The position numbers and the translations under genes were made by a program. 64,000 nt of DNA from Calditrichales bacterium (GTDB taxonomy: Bacteria > Calditrichota > Calditrichia > Calditrichales > J004), in contig OZ254086.1 of the NCBI GenBank assembly GCA_965267575.1, positions 3,232,001-3,296,000 of the forward strand. The letters run 5' to 3'. Of the stretch, positions 59,427 to 64,000 are shown in pieces. The stretch's first letter is position 1. Every line of letters begins with the position of its first letter. The notes under the pieces are model-generated. The model was not told where the DNA came from, ran no database searches, and saw only the letters and a program-made list of their open reading frames with translations.

Positions 59427-59900
59427 ATGTTCACAAAGAATATTACTCTGCAACAGGCCATAAACGGGACGCAGTTCACGATTTTTAGTGAAGGCCATTT
59501 CCTGAAAGTAAAAATACCGGCCTTTACACGCGACGGACAGGTTATGCGTCTCAAAAAAAGCAGCGTATTGGACGAGGAGTTGTTTATTCAAATCCGTATT
59601 CTGGATAACCCCCGTTTTTGTATAGATGAAGCTGACATCCGGGGTACGCTAATCGTTGATACTGTGGATGCTTTGCGTGGCACACAACTAATGTACGAGG
59701 GTCCGGCAGGCAGGACGCTGCCCGTAACGGTGTCCGCCGGCGCGCGGGACGGTGACGAACTGCGTATCGCCAATGAAGGATTCGTGAAAGATGGAAAACG
59801 AGGAGACCTGATATTGGCTCTGCGCACCAGCGTTCCTGAAGAAATCCTGACAGCCCGCAACGAAATGCGCACCAGGGGACATGGCTTCCTGTTAAATTGA
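59427..59900 (+). CDS. Stand-alone DnaJ/CbpA C-terminal domain protein (no J-domain)
   Basis: ITLQQAING, VKIPA..DGQ.MRL, ALRG, LRIANEG and RGDL; no HPD motif. Confidence 0.7.
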   Translation: MFTKNITLQQAINGTQFTIFSEGHFLKVKIPAFTRDGQVMRLKKSSVLDEELFIQIRILDNPRFCIDEADIRGTLIVDTVDALRGTQLMYEGPAGRTLPVTVSAGARDGDELRIANEGFVKDGKRGDLILALRTSVPEEILTARNEMRTRGHGFLLN

Positions 59901-59991
59901 GAACGAATTTTTGTTGGCTTAAGGATTAAATTTTGATTTCCGGATGTTAGCGATAGTGCTTTAATAAACTCACAAAAAGAAGGAGATAGAA

Positions 59992-60609
59992 ATGACACAC
60001 CAACTACCTGATCTACCTTATTCATTTGATGCTTTGGAGCCGCATATCGATGCCAAGACCATGCAAATTCACCATGGCAAGCATCACGCCGGCTACGTGA
60101 GCAAGTTGAATGATGCCATTGAAGGGCATAGTGACCTGAAAGAAAAGTCACTGGAAGATCTGATCTCATCCATTTCAAAACTGCCTTCATCTGTCCAGAC
60201 GGCCGTTCGCAACAATGGTGGCGGTCACTTTAACCACACCTTGTTCTGGCAGATTATGTCGCCCAAAGGCGGCAATCCGTCGGGTGAACTGGCAGAAGCC
60301 ATCAATAAGAAATTTGGCTCGCTGGATGCGTTTAAGGAAAAGTTTTCTGCAGCCGCTGCCGGCCGCTTTGGGTCCGGTTGGGCCTGGCTGGTTGTAAATA
60401 ATGGCCAGCTTGATATCGTTTCGACCCCAAACCAGGATAATCCTTTGATGGATGTGGCCGAAGCAAGCGGAACACCAATTCTGGGACTTGATGTTTGGGA
60501 ACACGCTTACTACCTGAACTATCAGAACCGTCGCCCGGATTATATTAAAGCTTTCTTTAATATTGTCAACTGGGATGCCGTAGCCCAGAATTACAGAAAA
60601 GCTTTATAA
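59992..60609 (+). CDS. sodA: Superoxide dismutase, Mn-type signature
   Basis: [20 protein letters not shown] and DVWEHAYY motifs. Confidence 0.93.
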   Translation: MTHQLPDLPYSFDALEPHIDAKTMQIHHGKHHAGYVSKLNDAIEGHSDLKEKSLEDLISSISKLPSSVQTAVRNNGGGHFNHTLFWQIMSPKGGNPSGELAEAINKKFGSLDAFKEKFSAAAAGRFGSGWAWLVVNNGQLDIVSTPNQDNPLMDVAEASGTPILGLDVWEHAYYLNYQNRRPDYIKAFFNIVNWDAVAQNYRKAL

Positions 60610-60623
60610 AGAAATGAACTTAC

Positions 60624-60649
60624 AGGCCTCCATTACGGGGGCCTTTTTT
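60624..60649 (+). terminator. Rho-independent terminator
   Basis: AGGCCTCC-ATTAC-GGGGGCCT followed by a T tract. Confidence 0.85.
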
Positions 60650-60733
60650 ATTTGTAAAAACGGCAGGTACTTTTTGCAGCCTGGATGCTTTTTTTTGCGC
60701 ATTCCGTCAAGTGTTTAAATGCCGTGCTATTAT

Positions 60734-60800
60734 TTGCAAAAACAGTTGTAGCTCCTTATATTTTCCAACTGCGCAAAGTGGGTCTAAGCCCACTTTTTTT
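60734..60800 (+). promoter_or_regulatory. rimP operon promoter and rimP-leader hairpin
   Basis: TTGCAA-17 nt-TATATT (60734-60762); AAAGTGGGT-CTAA-GCCCACTTT hairpin and T tract. Confidence 0.75.
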
Positions 60801-60819
60801 ATTATATGGAGTTGTATTA

Positions 60820-61275
60820 ATGTCAACAGCATTAGAAGCTGTTCGTGAAATTGCCGAAACGATGTGCCGCAGTATGGATTTGTTTCTTGTTGATGTGGAA
60901 ATACGCGGTCATCAGAGAAATCCGCTGTTTGTGATATACGCGGACAATGAAGAGGGTATTACCCTGGACCAGTGTGAAGAGTTGTCACGTTTGATCCAGG
61001 GAGAGATTGACGTTCGTGCGATTGCCCCCGCCGGGTACAGGCTGGATGTTTCATCACCCGGTGTGGACAGGCCTCTTACCGAGGATTATCAATTCCGCAG
61101 AAACATAGGCAGGGAACTGAAAGTCTCATATAGGGACGGAGACAGTGTGCTCAATGCGGAAGGCAGGCTCGACGCATTTGACGATAAGACATTATTTATA
61201 ACGCCCCCGAAAGGCGATCAAAAAGAAATTGACCGCGGTGCCATAATTCAGGCAAAAGTGAAATTGCAATGGTAG
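60820..61275 (+). CDS. rimP: Ribosome maturation factor RimP
   Basis: GITLDQC and LDVSSPGVDRPL motifs; GGAG RBS; position upstream of nusA. Confidence 0.93.
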   Translation: MSTALEAVREIAETMCRSMDLFLVDVEIRGHQRNPLFVIYADNEEGITLDQCEELSRLIQGEIDVRAIAPAGYRLDVSSPGVDRPLTEDYQFRRNIGRELKVSYRDGDSVLNAEGRLDAFDDKTLFITPPKGDQKEIDRGAIIQAKVKLQW

Positions 61276-61295
61276 TGTAGGAGGAATCAGGCCGC

Positions 61296-62564
61296 ATGAA
61301 TACCGAAATAATGGAAGCTATCACGCAGATAGCCAAAGACAAAAAGATCGAAAAAGAGATTCTGCGTGATATGCTTGAAAACATCTTTATCACAATGATA
61401 CAGAAGAAATTTGGCACGTCCGAAAATTTCGATGTTATCGTCAATATTGATAAAGGTGATATTGAAATCTATCAGGAGAAAACGGTTGTTGAGAATGTTG
61501 AGGATCCGGTAAGTGAGATCAACCTGGAAGACGCACAGAAGATTGATGAAGATGCCGAGATCGGTGAAGAGATTGTTGAGGTAATTGATCCGATTTTGTT
61601 TGGACGGCGTTTAATTGTTTCGGCAAAACAGAATCTGAACCAAAAGATCCGCGACTTTGAAAGAGAAAACCTTCTGGAGGAATATAAAAACCGTCTGGGT
61701 GAAATCATTATTGGCGATATTCACCAGATCCACAAGCGGGGCATGTTTATCAATATTGATAAAACGGAAGTATTTTTGCCGCGCGAGGAACAAATCTATA
61801 ATGAACGTTTGCGTCGTGGTAATACCATTCGCGCGTTGATCAAGGAAGTGCGCAATCAGGGGCGCGGCCCGGAAATTATTGTAAGCCGTGCCGACAAGGA
61901 GTTTCTGATCCGGCTGTTTGAACTGGAAGTACCGGAGATTTATGACGGTATTGTTGAAATAAAGAAGGTAGCACGCGAAGCCGGTGACCGCTCCAAGATC
62001 GCTGTCGAATCCATAGATCGCCGTATTGATGCGGTGGGTGCCTGCGTGGGCATGAAGGGTGTTCGAATCCAGGCGATAGTACGCGAACTGAATAATGAAA
62101 AAATCGATATTATTAACTTCTCTTCGGAGCCCGAAATATTTATCATGCGCGCTCTGACGCCGGCCAAGCCGGTCAAAATAATCGTTAACCGTGAGGAGCG
62201 TATAGCTGTAGCGGTTGTCCCGGATGACCAGATGTCTATGGCTATCGGTAAAGGCGGACAGAACCTGCGTCTTGCTTCGGATGTTACCGGATTCCAGATC
62301 GAACCGATCAAAGAGTCCGAATACAATCAGGAAAGCAAAGCGGATTCTGTCTACGCGAGTGAGTTAAGTTTGGATGAAATAGAAGAAATAACCGATTCGA
62401 TCAGGAAGAAGCTGCTGGCCGCCGATGTCACTGAGGTGGATGAAGTTTTGGAGATGGGGCTTGATGGCTTGCAAAAGATAGATGGAATTGGCCCCAAAAG
62501 CGCTGAAAAGATATGGGAAGCCGTTCAGAACTATTTGCCTGAGAGCGAAGAAGAGGAAGATTAA
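61296..62564 (+). CDS. nusA: Transcription termination/antitermination factor NusA
   Basis: S1 and KH domains (EVPEI, GACVGMKG, AIGKGGQN); C-terminal HhH. Confidence 0.97.
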   Translation: MNTEIMEAITQIAKDKKIEKEILRDMLENIFITMIQKKFGTSENFDVIVNIDKGDIEIYQEKTVVENVEDPVSEINLEDAQKIDEDAEIGEEIVEVIDPILFGRRLIVSAKQNLNQKIRDFERENLLEEYKNRLGEIIIGDIHQIHKRGMFINIDKTEVFLPREEQIYNERLRRGNTIRALIKEVRNQGRGPEIIVSRADKEFLIRLFELEVPEIYDGIVEIKKVAREAGDRSKIAVESIDRRIDAVGACVGMKGVRIQAIVRELNNEKIDIINFSSEPEIFIMRALTPAKPVKIIVNREERIAVAVVPDDQMSMAIGKGGQNLRLASDVTGFQIEPIKESEYNQESKADSVYASELSLDEIEEITDSIRKKLLAADVTEVDEVLEMGLDGLQKIDGIGPKSAEKIWEAVQNYLPESEEEED

Positions 62565-62584
62565 GCGCATAAAACGGAGTAGTA

Positions 62585-64000
62585 ATGGCTGCTGGTAAGA
62601 AATATAAGCTTTTTAAAATTTGCAAAGAACTCAATCTGGGTCATGAAACGATCATAAGTTTCCTTGAACAAAAGGGAATTAAGGTCGCCGGGCCCAATGC
62701 TTCTTTGTCCGAAGATGTATATCTGGACATTGTGGAGCGTTTTGCGACCGATAAGGAAAAGGCTGAGAGACTGCGTTCCCGCAGGGGTGAAGCGGCACCG
62801 GCCGAAGTGGCGACGGAAACCGAAGCCGCCGCAAAAGGTGAAGAGAAATCCTCTGCCTATATGAACGCTATCCGCAAGTCTATAGAAGACAAAGCGGAAG
62901 AGTTGTCCAAGCCGGAGAAAAAGAAGCCTGCTCCCAAGCCCGAAAAGCCGAAGCCGGTTGTTGAGAAAAGGGAAGAGAAACCGGAAGAGCCCACACCTGA
63001 GATAGCCGAAGAAAAGGCCGAACCGCCCAAGAAAGAAAAAGAACCTGCGCCGCTTACTCCGGAAGAAATTGCCGCACGCGAAATGCCTTTTGAAGAACCG
63101 CGAAAAGAGGTGAAAGAACAGGAAGCCGAGGCTGAGGAAGATCTAAAACAAAAAGGCAAGAAGAAAAAACCCAAGGAAAAGGGGGAAGAAGAGCAGCTTT
63201 CGGAAAAAGAACGCAAGAGGCTTAAGGCTCTTGAAATGATCCGCAAGGATGGCAAAAAACGTGCTGCTGCCAAGCCCGACCTGCGCGGTGGTGATGAAGA
63301 GGGCCAGTCCAGGCGCAAGAAGAAAAAATCCAGACGCCGCAATGTTGATATGAAGGAGGTTCAGGACAACGTTAAGAAAACCCTGGCTTCCATTGAAAGC
63401 AAAGGCCGAAAACCGAAAAAGACCAAAAAGATCAAGCAAAGCGAAACGGATGAAAGTCCGGAAGACAATGTAATTGAAGTTACCGAATTTATTTCGGCCA
63501 ACGACCTGGCCAGTTTGATTGATGTGCCGGTAGCTGAGATTATTGCCAAGTGTCTTGATCTTGGCCTGATGGTTTCCATAAACCAGCGGCTTGATATTGA
63601 TACCATAAGTTTGCTGGCCGATGAGTACGGCTACCAAATCAAAGAAAGCAAGGTGTCCGAATTTGTGGCGGATGAAGAAGAAGAGGTTGAAGATAAGCCG
63701 GAAGATCTGGAACCGCGTCCGCCCGTTGTTACGATCATGGGGCACGTTGACCATGGTAAGACATCGCTGCTTGATCATTTACGCCATTCGAATATCGTAG
63801 GCGGTGAAGCAGGCGGTATAACCCAGCACGTCGGTGCTTATGAAGTAGAATACAATGACAAGAAAATTACTTTTCTCGACACGCCGGGTCACGAAGCATT
63901 TACGGCCATGCGTGCCCGCGGTGCCCAGGTAACGGACATCGTTATTCTGGTTATTGCTGCTGATGACGCGGTGATGCCGCAGACGGATGAAGCGCTGGAC
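62585..64000 (+). CDS. infB: Translation initiation factor IF-2, 3'-truncated by the window (absent from the ORF track)
   Basis: Read by hand: [17 protein letters not shown]..., later [21 protein letters not shown] and DTPGHEAF; frame open to 64000. Confidence 0.96.
   Translation, partial: MAAGKKYKLFKICKELNLGHETIISFLEQKGIKVAGPNASLSEDVYLDIVERFATDKEKAERLRSRRGEAAPAEVATETEAAAKGEEKSSAYMNAIRKSIEDKAEELSKPEKKKPAPKPEKPKPVVEKREEKPEEPTPEIAEEKAEPPKKEKEPAPLTPEEIAAREMPFEEPRKEVKEQEAEAEEDLKQKGKKKKPKEKGEEEQLSEKERKRLKALEMIRKDGKKRAAAKPDLRGGDEEGQSRRKKKKSRRRNVDMKEVQDNVKKTLASIESKGRKPKKTKKIKQSETDESPEDNVIEVTEFISANDLASLIDVPVAEIIAKCLDLGLMVSINQRLDIDTISLLADEYGYQIKESKVSEFVADEEEEVEDKPEDLEPRPPVVTIMGHVDHGKTSLLDHLRHSNIVGGEAGGITQHVGAYEVEYNDKKITFLDTPGHEAFTAMRARGAQVTDIVILVIAADDAVMPQTDEALD

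Noticed and set aside
60685..60819. Longer rimP start given in the ORF track
   Set aside because: It overlaps the promoter and leader hairpin; ATG 60820 has an RBS and gives a typical length.

Overview
This 64 kb window is gene-dense bacterial chromosome, mostly on the + strand. Type IX secretion (T9SS)-style C-terminal sorting domains, lipid A/LPS genes and many lipoproteins indicate a diderm FCB-group organism; Calditrichota is my best guess and is an inference only. Left (1-9.2 kb): secreted and lipoprotein genes, including a YncE-like propeller with a heme-less cytochrome-c-like domain, a lipoprotein with an inserted thioester(TED)-like domain, and a Tat lipoprotein next to a Zn-dependent phospholipase C-family gene. 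Middle: a Fur-family regulator and a MerC-like gene share two perfect 7-1-7 operators and are bracketed by octamer repeats. Also present are a VPS10/BNR protein, tRNA-Ala(CGC), a structured intergenic leader ahead of a cobC/DUF5996/osmoprotectant-ABC operon, GH97, and a tandem-duplicated module of a ~700 aa lipoprotein plus a FadL/DUF5723-like beta-barrel flanked by hydrolases. Right: sucAB, Nudix, ROK kinase, a PpiD-like chaperone, an LPS/envelope cluster (lpxL-like, a TsaC-LMW phosphatase fusion, glycosyltransferases, TagF-like, msbA), sodA and rimP-nusA-infB (infB runs off the end). I saw no CRISPR array, rRNA, transposase, integrase or phage genes. All family assignments come from reading motifs by eye; no database search was run. 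The best candidates for something undescribed are the duplicated lipoprotein-barrel module, the TED-like lipoprotein, the Tat/PLC pair and the structured RNA at ~19.0-19.2 kb.
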